Below, in pieces: positions 7,519 to 15,971 of a stretch of 27,936 nt of DNA. This stretch comes from Promethearchaeota archaeon (GTDB taxonomy: Archaea; Asgardarchaeota; Thorarchaeia; Thorarchaeales; Thorarchaeaceae). The position numbers and the translations under genes are program-made. The first letter of the stretch is position 1, and each line of letters begins with the position of its first letter. The notes below the pieces were generated by a model. The model ran no database searches and was not told where the DNA came from. It saw only the letters and a program-made list of their open reading frames with translations. The stretch lies in contig JBHLPF010000037.1 in NCBI GenBank assembly GCA_048939765.1, positions 8,353 through 36,288 on the forward strand. The letters run 5' to 3'.

Positions 7519-8712
7519 TTAGGTCCCCTCCGGAATTTCGATCTTCGTCCAGTCCACATACTCTTCGACTGGTATCGTTCGCCTCTCTCGCAACCAATCA
7601 ATGAGGTCATGGACCGTCTTCATCGCTGCAGGATGCATCATCATGAAGAGGTCATTTCCAGCTAACAAGAGTGATAGTGCTGTCACACTCTCCCAAATTG
7701 GTCCACGAAGTTCTCTTGGTCCGAGTTCTGGTGCCTTGAGCCAAGCTTCTCGAGCAGCCCAAGCATTTGTCGTTCCTGAGCTGATGGGGTATTGTAGTTC
7801 GCTATCACCCAATAGGCCTGCCAGACGCATCCGTTGCATCATGGTGAATGCATATTCAAGACCGTACCCAAGTGCAGCGGTCGTGGGATCAATCACAATC
7901 TGATCTGGTGTAAGCCACTCGATTAGCCTTCGATTCAATTCCTTCTGATCGTTGATATCGAGCGAAGTCCATGACAAGACAATCTGTTCGTGCTCCTTTG
8001 CAGCCACAGCTATTGGTTCGTAGACATCTACAGTTGCTGAGCAGAGCAGGGTTCGTTCACCCTCACATACCTCTGCAGCCTTTGCGAGAACAGGTCCATC
8101 CTTTTCAGGATCACCTGCAGATCCAATGAGCACTGGAACCTTGACTGCCTGTAGAACCTCTTCAACAGTCTTTGCGGCCTGTTGAGGTGAAGTGTCTCCC
8201 AATTGTCGGTCCGTACTGATGAGGTGTATTGTTATCACGTCAGCCCCAAACTTGTCCACACAGAGCTTTGCCCACTCGGCGGGATCATCCAGCACTTCCC
8301 TGTAGTGAGTCTTAACTGCCTTCGCCAGTGGAATTGGCATATCAAAGACATCAGCGGCGATAATAGGCTTGTTCTTCGGCGGTGATTGAAACAAATCCCA
8401 TGCAGGTGCAGTATGGCCGCCAATGGTCACTGTGTGGCTTCTTGATCCGCCGTCCTTCTTAGTAGCTCCAATTGTAATCTCCCGAATCACACCTGGATAC
8501 TCACCAAGGGGCGGCTTGAATTTGGCAGGTATGAGCGACTTTGGCATCTCAATTGCAGCCTTGGCCGCAGCTTGAGCCAGCCGTTGGACCATGGGACGAA
8601 GAGCGAGCCTCAGTTCGTCCACCTCAATGGTCACGTGCTCCAGCTCCAACTCGGCAAAATCGCCGAAGATGTCGTCTAGCGACTGTCCTCTTCCTTCCTC
8701 AGGGGACGTCAT
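7519..8712 (-). CDS. cdhD: Acetyl-CoA decarbonylase/synthase delta subunit (corrinoid Fe-S protein, small subunit)
   Basis: IGATKKDGGSRSHTVTIGG, DPTTAALGYGLEY, NAWAAREAW, LFMMMHP. Confidence 0.96.
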   Translation of the reverse strand: MTSPEEGRGQSLDDIFGDFAELELEHVTIEVDELRLALRPMVQRLAQAAAKAAIEMPKSLIPAKFKPPLGEYPGVIREITIGATKKDGGSRSHTVTIGGHTAPAWDLFQSPPKNKPIIAADVFDMPIPLAKAVKTHYREVLDDPAEWAKLCVDKFGADVITIHLISTDRQLGDTSPQQAAKTVEEVLQAVKVPVLIGSAGDPEKDGPVLAKAAEVCEGERTLLCSATVDVYEPIAVAAKEHEQIVLSWTSLDINDQKELNRRLIEWLTPDQIVIDPTTAALGYGLEYAFTMMQRMRLAGLLGDSELQYPISSGTTNAWAAREAWLKAPELGPRELRGPIWESVTALSLLLAGNDLFMMMHPAAMKTVHDLIDWLRERRTIPVEEYVDWTKIEIPEGT

Positions 8713-10115
8713 TTCTTCTTTCCACCCTTCCCTGTTCCTGTCTTTCGGATGATCACTTTCTCAGCGTAGATCTTGGCATTCTTGAAGACTATCTCAAGCC
8801 CTCCACCAACTCCACCTACCATAGCGGTCAGTTCGCCAGGCACTGCAACATAGTCATCCGAAACCTCAGCCAGAGCAGTTTCTTCTTCTTCCTCAATCTC
8901 CACCCAACGCTCTACAATGGGATGGCCATTTTCCTTAAGGAACGTCTTGAGGTCAGCTATAGTCATGACTTCCTTCTCTGTTGGAATCTTGTCTCTGATG
9001 TCCTCAGGCATGAACTCATAGATTCGTTGTTTCACTGATTCTGGCATCCAGACAACCCTGTTGTAGCCACCATCGACCTGCAGGAAACGAGGTGAACGCA
9101 TGTACTCGATTGAGAGTCCATGGAATCCAGGCACCTGTCGACCACCTGCTGTTGAGTCTGCCATGCTTGAAAAGGGCAACCCGTTCACAGTCTCACCCTT
9201 GAAGTCCCTGTGAACCACTCCGAGACCATCTACTTCGGGAATAACGAATGCGATAGCTTCGAAGCAGCCGCAACTTGTGTGAGGCTTCTCAAAGGCACTG
9301 TAAAGCGCAACCTGCGTAACCTTTCCCAATGATTTCTCTTGGGAGATCTGATTCACACCTGTGTACTGACCAGAAAACTCGTCTATTGTTTCACCTTTCG
9401 AGATTGAATAGAGAGGCCCTTTGGGGTCAACTCGTGCAGCTGCACGACCGTCGAACCAACTAATTGCTCCGCAATTTGCATATCTCTGCGGTGTTATCAC
9501 ACAGATATGAGTTGGAGCAAAAGACTGGCATAATGAGCACCCGTAGAATGTGTCTACATCTGCATCACTGAGTCCTCTTGCACGAGCATCTCTCTCGTTG
9601 TATCTGTTTATGGCCTCATCATATCGTTCGGCTATCTTCTCAGGGTCTGTGAAGAATGTCACCTGTATCTTCTCGATGATGTTCATCTCACTCTTGAAGA
9701 GCCGAATCAGGACCTTACCCAGATCTTGGAGTGTGTTGAACCCCTTCTCGAATGACTTCTTGCTGAGTCGAATCCAGATGTCGTACCGCTGGTTCAGGTG
9801 CATCATTCCTTCAACGAAGTTCACGTACTCGTGTATTCGTCTCTCGATAACTCCTTCAAGGTCAGGTTCTATCTCTTTCCCTGCGACCTCCACCAGGATG
9901 CCAAAGGGATGATAGCTTCCTTCCTCCATGTCCTTCAGATCTGGCCCAAGGATGGTGACCTTCTCATCATCAATCTCACTCATCTCCCTTGCCAGAGCCA
10001 GCTCGAACTTCTGTTCCATCTTTGGACCGCCGAGCTCTACGAACATGTCCTTTCCACGGACACGTTCGCCTTCATATACAACGCCTACATCTACTGGTAT
10101 ATCTTCGAATGACAT
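8709..10115 (-). CDS. cdhC: Acetyl-CoA synthase beta subunit
   Basis: YEGERVRGKDMFVELGGP, EGVIERRIH, CSLCQSFAPTH, CGAISW and HTSCGCFE (A-cluster ligands intact). Confidence 0.97.
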   Translation of the reverse strand: MSFEDIPVDVGVVYEGERVRGKDMFVELGGPKMEQKFELALAREMSEIDDEKVTILGPDLKDMEEGSYHPFGILVEVAGKEIEPDLEGVIERRIHEYVNFVEGMMHLNQRYDIWIRLSKKSFEKGFNTLQDLGKVLIRLFKSEMNIIEKIQVTFFTDPEKIAERYDEAINRYNERDARARGLSDADVDTFYGCSLCQSFAPTHICVITPQRYANCGAISWFDGRAAARVDPKGPLYSISKGETIDEFSGQYTGVNQISQEKSLGKVTQVALYSAFEKPHTSCGCFEAIAFVIPEVDGLGVVHRDFKGETVNGLPFSSMADSTAGGRQVPGFHGLSIEYMRSPRFLQVDGGYNRVVWMPESVKQRIYEFMPEDIRDKIPTEKEVMTIADLKTFLKENGHPIVERWVEIEEEEETALAEVSDDYVAVPGELTAMVGGVGGGLEIVFKNAKIYAEKVIIRKTGTGKGGKKK

Positions 10116-10116
10116 C

Positions 10117-10665
10117 TCATTTTCCTCCTCCTACAAATTCTGCGATTTCATCAAGCACAGTATGCCACTGCTTCTCCTTCATGTTTGGGAAGGACCAATC
10201 TGCATGCGGTTGGTAGTATCGCCCCAGGGAAATTGTCGTCAGATGGGTCCCAAAGTTCATTGTCGCGGAAAGCAGTGTCCATTGCATATAGTACGGAATT
10301 CCAAAGACCATGAGTAGATCGTGGGGACCCTTGCCAGTTGGGCCAGTCCACGCCTCATCCTGAAGATAGAATGCGACTTCCATGGCACCCATAGACTTTG
10401 CACCAGTGAAGCCCTTCTCAAGAAAAGCCTTGATGGTTCCGCCTGTGGCAATCACAGGCATCTTGCCTGCCTCTGCAAGAGATATCGCAAAATCTATCAT
10501 ATCGCCCTTTCCATGCTTCTCACTCACAGCCTCGGATCCCACTACAAGCAGTGGCTTCTTAGTGTTCTTGAAGGCCCTCTTTAGTTGGTCCACCTTTGTG
10601 AGTGATTTTGCACTTTCAGGGCCGCAGATCTCACCAGTCTGCCATGGTACCGGGCGCATGACCAT
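10117..10665 (-). CDS. cdhB: CO dehydrogenase epsilon subunit
   Basis: KKPLLVVG, WTGPTGKGPHDL, YYQPHADWSFPN; lies between cdhA and cdhC and shares a TGATG overlap with cdhA. Confidence 0.93.
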   Translation of the reverse strand: MVMRPVPWQTGEICGPESAKSLTKVDQLKRAFKNTKKPLLVVGSEAVSEKHGKGDMIDFAISLAEAGKMPVIATGGTIKAFLEKGFTGAKSMGAMEVAFYLQDEAWTGPTGKGPHDLLMVFGIPYYMQWTLLSATMNFGTHLTTISLGRYYQPHADWSFPNMKEKQWHTVLDEIAEFVGGGK

Positions 10666-13007
10666 CAGGTACCACCTCCCATGACCTGCTCCTTGAGGAG
10701 CGTCGGGTCAGGAATCTTCCGTTCCTTCCACTTGTTCTCCTTCATCTGGGCAAGAATCTTGTCCTTGAGAGTGATTGGTATGTCAGAATCTCGCCTGATG
10801 TAGGTCCAGACATCCTCCGGGAAGTACCCATAGGCATTCTCATGGATATCGATATAGTGGCTCAGCTTGATCGAGCGACCCTTACTGGTATCATTGGGTC
10901 GGATGCAAAGCTTAGCGGTGAGCACATTGGCCTCATCAACGGTCTCAGCTGCATAGAAAAGATGCTCTGGGCCAGGTGCAGTCTGAACTCTGTCCCCAGT
11001 TCTGGCATCCCAAACAACCCAATCACGATCGTGATCGACTCTGCCGAGTAGCATTCTTCGATACTTGGATCCATGAGGGCCGACAATGACAGGCACTCCA
11101 AGTCTCCAGAATCCTGCTGCAATTGATGCTGCCTTTTGGGACATTGCGCCCCATGAGATTCCCACTGCACCCACTCGATTGTGGATATAGTCTGCAATCT
11201 CAGCATAATTGCCCCGTAAGTTCCTCTTAGCGAAGATTGCTGCAATCTTGATTGCAGCTCCTGCTATGTGAGAATTAGCGACGCATGAACCAACATTCAC
11301 AACGCCGCCAGCATCAAATTCACCGTGTCTTCGTTCATAGATAGATTGACCATTCTCATCTTTGACGTGGCCCGCGGATATCGCAGCGCAACCTGATGTC
11401 ACGATGATGTACCGGCGTTTGGCAAACTCCTCGGCCATGTCATGAACAGCCTTTCCGCCGCCTGGATAGTTGGCACATCCAACATGCGCGATGACACCGG
11501 GTATTTCGCCAAAGACAATTGGCTGACCAACACGACGGATTTCAGTATCTTGGATAGCTCCTCTCCCTGTACGAACAATATGGGTCTCGTTCTTGCAGGA
11601 TTCTTCAGATACTGCCACCATCCAGCTATGGAGCTCGTAGTCATTAGGACAGGCTGACTCGCATCTAGCACATCCGATGCAGTTCTCATATACATCTCTC
11701 AATGGTTGCATATTCCCTGTCTGAGCTGCTAGAACGGCATCCATCACATTCTGATCGTTAGGACAGGCTCTGATGCACTCACTGCATTTCTTGCACTCCT
11801 CAGCCATCTTCTGAATCTGTTTTGTCGTGGGGAAGAACTTCATCTTTCGACGCTTTGGCTTGAGGGCTATTGCAACTTTAGCTGCTACTTCACCGACCTT
11901 GTGCTCATCACCAATATACGCTCCAGGAATCTTGAATGACGTAAGTTCCTCAACGATTGAGGCAACTGAATCATCAGTTCGATCCGGTAGACCCATCAGC
12001 GCCTTATCACTAGTCGAGATGACTGGTGCCTTGACTTTCTGTGCCTCTTTCACGACATCGGTTCTGACACATTGTTCATCCACTACGACAACATCGGCTT
12101 TTCCACCTCGTATAAACCGGAGCTGCCATGATATTGGACCGATCACCTTGGCCTTGGGATCATGACGTGTCATGTCCCAAGCAGTACAGCACATACCTCC
12201 AACTTCTACCTGATCGTTTATTCGCTTCTCAGTGATGTAGTCGGTTATCGCTGCCGCAGGGATAATATTGTGGCCTATCGTCAGAACTATGGCTTTGTTT
12301 GTATCCATCATCCCAATACCTGATTCAACAAGAGGCGCATCTGGATCAGCCTGAGGCATGCCAAGCGTGGAAACTTGTGCGAGATCTGCTATTTCCATGC
12401 TTAGCTGATCAATCATGCCTGCATGGAAGACCTTGCTCTCGAAATCCATCCAGCTGCCTTCCTGACCCGTGGCCGTAGCTGAGAGCGTGTGAGCCAATTG
12501 AGTTTCACAGTAATCAAGAATCAAGCTCGCATCCTCCAGTGTACGAGGACGCATTCCAGTCACTAGACGTGATACTGGAGCATGAATCTCAGTTCCCGGT
12601 CCTTGTATAAGCTCAGTCCGAGGGCCAAATTCCTCTATTAGGTGGTCTACAAGATGTCTTGAGTGAGCAAGGTGTGCTGAGCAGCCTATATTTGCTGCAG
12701 CAAGCACGATCCTGCCCTGCTGACCCTTGATATCCAACCCGCATGCTCCACGCTTATCCCCTGACAGATCACACTTGCCCATAGTACAAAGACAACAGAC
12801 CTGGCAATAGGGCATGTAGCTGGGTTGATACTTCGTCAGAATCTTATGGTCCCAAGAGCGAAGGGTGGTTGGGCCAGGCATTGGAGTTGGGCCCATAGGC
12901 TCATCCCACTCATCGTCGATAATCTGACCGATTCTGACCTCAAGGCCTTTGAAGACACCGAGACCGGTTCTAGCTTCATCAGCTTTGAAGTGTGCTTCTT
13001 TCTTCAT
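10665..13007 (-). CDS. cdhA: CO dehydrogenase alpha subunit (archaeal CdhA)
   Basis: MGPTPMP, CQVCCLCTMGKC, IGHN, GMCCT, DEQC, two ferredoxin-type motifs, VGCAN, TSGC, VGSCVAN, SQKA. Confidence 0.97.
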   Translation of the reverse strand: MKKEAHFKADEARTGLGVFKGLEVRIGQIIDDEWDEPMGPTPMPGPTTLRSWDHKILTKYQPSYMPYCQVCCLCTMGKCDLSGDKRGACGLDIKGQQGRIVLAAANIGCSAHLAHSRHLVDHLIEEFGPRTELIQGPGTEIHAPVSRLVTGMRPRTLEDASLILDYCETQLAHTLSATATGQEGSWMDFESKVFHAGMIDQLSMEIADLAQVSTLGMPQADPDAPLVESGIGMMDTNKAIVLTIGHNIIPAAAITDYITEKRINDQVEVGGMCCTAWDMTRHDPKAKVIGPISWQLRFIRGGKADVVVVDEQCVRTDVVKEAQKVKAPVISTSDKALMGLPDRTDDSVASIVEELTSFKIPGAYIGDEHKVGEVAAKVAIALKPKRRKMKFFPTTKQIQKMAEECKKCSECIRACPNDQNVMDAVLAAQTGNMQPLRDVYENCIGCARCESACPNDYELHSWMVAVSEESCKNETHIVRTGRGAIQDTEIRRVGQPIVFGEIPGVIAHVGCANYPGGGKAVHDMAEEFAKRRYIIVTSGCAAISAGHVKDENGQSIYERRHGEFDAGGVVNVGSCVANSHIAGAAIKIAAIFAKRNLRGNYAEIADYIHNRVGAVGISWGAMSQKAASIAAGFWRLGVPVIVGPHGSKYRRMLLGRVDHDRDWVVWDARTGDRVQTAPGPEHLFYAAETVDEANVLTAKLCIRPNDTSKGRSIKLSHYIDIHENAYGYFPEDVWTYIRRDSDIPITLKDKILAQMKENKWKERKIPDPTLLKEQVMGGGT

Positions 13008-13193
13008 GGTTCATACAAACCCTGTGGCTAATATGCTGCCCTGCAAAAAAGGAGCATAATAAGCTTATGAATAGGCAACAGATTTTGCCACTCCGTATCG
13101 GAATCAATCGTTAACCAGACGGACGCCGATTGTTTCATCAGATTAAATGATGTTGGTTTGAACGTTCAGAGTGTAACCTGAGTGAGAGCATGG

Positions 13194-13991
13194 TCAATCT
13201 CGAAGCTCATCTATCAGACGCGATTTTATCGCTCTGATTGCGTTCATTCCTGGAGAATTTGGATCCAAGTCAATGGGAGCTATCCCCTTTCGGTCAGCGG
13301 CTTTAATTGATTCATCCAAAGGTACTACCCCGAGTAGGGGTATACCTTCTGCTTCAACTCTATCCCTAATCATTGCCTCATCTTCAGGGCTGGCGATCTT
13401 ATTTCCAACTGCCAAAATTCGTCCCACATTGATGTCTAATGCGAGTTTCTTGATCTTGGAAAGAATTCTCAGAGACCTTCGTCCAGGCTCTGCAACAACA
13501 ATAAGAGCGTCCATTCCTGTCGTGGTACCCCTACCCAAGTTCTCCACACCTGCATCCATGTCCATCACAAACGCCTCATCTGAACCTATAACAAGAAAGC
13601 GCATCAATGCCTTGAGCATGGTTGCTGATGGACACATGCATCCAGATCCTCCCATTTCAACAGTTCCAGCCACTAGCAAGCTGACATTGTCAGGCCCTTC
13701 AACCGCAAATTGCTCACTCAAGTCATCCACTTGTGGATTTAGTTTGAATACCTCCTTGTAGGAGCCCGCACCTGAGATCTCCATTCGCTCTTTCAGCAAT
13801 TCCTCATTCTCTGTTAAAGGAACGATCTTCTCGGCCTCTTCAGCTGGAATGCCAATTGCAGACCAGAGAGTATAGCTTGGGTCCGCATCCACTGCAAGAA
13901 TGCTCAATCCATCCTGTCCCAAGAGACGAGCGAGAGTACCAGCTACTGTAGTCTTCCCAACGCCTCCTTTTCCTGCAACTGCTATTTTCAT
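13194..13991 (-). CDS. cooC: CODH nickel-insertion ATPase CooC (second paralogue)
   Basis: MKIAVAGKGGVGKT, VDADP, GSGCMCP, DMDAGVENLGRGT. Confidence 0.92.
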   Translation of the reverse strand: MKIAVAGKGGVGKTTVAGTLARLLGQDGLSILAVDADPSYTLWSAIGIPAEEAEKIVPLTENEELLKERMEISGAGSYKEVFKLNPQVDDLSEQFAVEGPDNVSLLVAGTVEMGGSGCMCPSATMLKALMRFLVIGSDEAFVMDMDAGVENLGRGTTTGMDALIVVAEPGRRSLRILSKIKKLALDINVGRILAVGNKIASPEDEAMIRDRVEAEGIPLLGVVPLDESIKAADRKGIAPIDLDPNSPGMNAIRAIKSRLIDELRD

Positions 13992-13994
13992 TGT

Positions 13995-15230
13995 CTAATC
14001 CTTCCTCTTAGTCACAAGATCATGTAGTCTAGTTAGCACATCTGATTCGTCAACGAACTTCTTGGGTTGTCCAGACCAGCGTTTGAATGATACTTCAGCA
14101 TAGTCTAGTCTTTGCATAGTTCCGGAGCCAAGAAGCATACTATTAGTTGTATGAATGGAAACCATCGCTCTACGACCTGTAATGCTACCGGGCGAGCCAA
14201 CATAGATTGTAGGTAGGCGTGCAAGTGCTTTAACTGCAGGCCCTGGAAGGTTCAATAGCGTGTCATCACCGACTACAAGGACCGCATCAAACTCGCCAGC
14301 GACCAATTTGGAAAGCGTATTGCCTGTATCAGGACCAGCTGTTTTCCGAGCGACTCCCATGATATTGGGTTCTGTTGCCATAGGCAAAGCGAATGCCTTT
14401 TTCCCGGTCCCTCTTATCGCCTCGACGAGCATCCTCAGTCCAGAAAGGTTCTCCTCCGCAGCTCCTGAGTTAATCAATCCACTCCCATAGAATATCACTG
14501 TACAATCTGACTTCTGCATATTACGAACAAGCCCAAGAAGCTCCTGGGCAGGAATGCCAACTACATCGCCAGTGATGGGGCCTTTTCCTGTGATATCAGA
14601 TGACAACGCATCAAGAAGTTCAGCGTCAGCTCCGGGCGGGATTATCAGTCGGTGATTAGCCATCTTCATTGTTTCGGTATTCCGAACATCCACAACGCCA
14701 ATTGTCCTGCTCTCTATCCCTTCTGGGATATTCTCACCACGAGGCAAAACTGCAAATTTGCTTGGATGTCGATGACTGCTCTCTGTTGGGTCCGAGCCCC
14801 AGTATAGAATGAATTCGCCATTGTTCCTGACATAGTCTAGATCGATTTCAAGTTGCATGGAATGAAGTTCATGACTCAATGCCTTAGTCATCCCAAGACT
14901 AGCAAGTGTATCAAAGGTAGCACCCAAAGAGCTTGCCAACTCAAGCCCTTTTGAGATTGCTTCATCTGTTGAGTGAGACCATCCAAAAAGCAGAGGGCTC
15001 TCTGCTGCACGTAGAATCTCTGCTGCCTTCTCCAAAGCCACATCCAGAGAAACCGTCTTTTCTGTTCCATCGTCATGAATGGCGGATTTCGCATCCAGAT
15101 GCTCAATCGTGGACACTAGATGCTGATGGCCAAGCCTGCAGAGTCCCAGAGAGTTGATCTCACCACCTTTGACTTCTGCGGAAACATCATCACAAAGCAA
15201 AGCGCATCCACTACAGACGATATCTTCCAT
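13995..15230 (-). CDS. fwdB: Formylmethanofuran dehydrogenase subunit B-like protein lacking the W/Mo-ligating Cys/Sec
   Basis: N-terminal CSGCALLCDD...CRLG [4Fe-4S] motif, PLLFGWS, YWGSDP, VVDVRNTET, GTMQRLD. The usual SxCHGP is replaced by ASLGMTK. Start set at ATG 15230. Confidence 0.8.
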   Translation of the reverse strand: MEDIVCSGCALLCDDVSAEVKGGEINSLGLCRLGHQHLVSTIEHLDAKSAIHDDGTEKTVSLDVALEKAAEILRAAESPLLFGWSHSTDEAISKGLELASSLGATFDTLASLGMTKALSHELHSMQLEIDLDYVRNNGEFILYWGSDPTESSHRHPSKFAVLPRGENIPEGIESRTIGVVDVRNTETMKMANHRLIIPPGADAELLDALSSDITGKGPITGDVVGIPAQELLGLVRNMQKSDCTVIFYGSGLINSGAAEENLSGLRMLVEAIRGTGKKAFALPMATEPNIMGVARKTAGPDTGNTLSKLVAGEFDAVLVVGDDTLLNLPGPAVKALARLPTIYVGSPGSITGRRAMVSIHTTNSMLLGSGTMQRLDYAEVSFKRWSGQPKKFVDESDVLTRLHDLVTKRKD

Positions 15231-15238
15231 ACTATCAC

Positions 15239-15697
15239 CTACCAAATCTCTATGGCATCGGTACAGCAATACTGCTCACAGACTCTACAATTGAGACGAT
15301 CGGGGGGAAATCGTCTGCACTTCTCTAGATTGATTATCTTTGAGATTCCATTCTCAACGATGAATACCGTGTCGCGGCTTTTTCCTGCTTTTCCATGACT
15401 TGTTTCAGGCTCAACTGCAACATCTACCGGACAGACCACAACGCAATTGCCACAACCCGTGCATTTTGTTTCATCGAGTTTTATTCCCGTTTCTTCAGCA
15501 GACTGCAGTGGCGCAACAAGGGCTCTTAGCTTCTCAAGGTTCTTCTCAAATCCCTCCTCTAGAAGGGGAGGGCAGTCATCTGGAAGGATGTCTCCCAGCG
15601 CCATCTTTGTGGCAAAAGCCATGCAGGTCTTTGGTTCGCATAGACGGCAGTTTGTCTTGGGTAGTAGATTGTACAGCTCCATGGGATTGAGTTTCAA
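15239..15697 (-). CDS. fwdG: FwdG-like ferredoxin with an extra N-terminal Fe-S domain
   Basis: LLPKTNCRLCEPKTCMAFA (CdhE-type Fe-S domain) plus KCTGCGNCVVVCPV...GK...IVENG...NCRVCEQYCC. Probable TTG start at 15697 behind GAGGGAG. Confidence 0.75.
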   Translation of the reverse strand: MKLNPMELYNLLPKTNCRLCEPKTCMAFATKMALGDILPDDCPPLLEEGFEKNLEKLRALVAPLQSAEETGIKLDETKCTGCGNCVVVCPVDVAVEPETSHGKAGKSRDTVFIVENGISKIINLEKCRRFPPDRLNCRVCEQYCCTDAIEIW

Positions 15698-15971
15698 GTC
15701 TTCTGGTCTCCCTCGACTGATGCATAAACACCGGTCATTGCCTGTTGGAACCGAGATTTCTACTAAAAAGAATGATGCGGTATGGCACAGCGCCTCTTGA
15801 GATAGCAAGTTCCCAAGCTATCAGAGTCTTCTTATCGTGGTAGGTTTGTTCTGAATCCTAAATGCTCACACTTATACTTGAAAGAAAGAAGCTCAACAAG
15901 TTGAAAGACCAAAGTAACACAAACAATCAGATAACACTCGACCCTAGAGTCTTTGTCATGATTAGGTGGAT

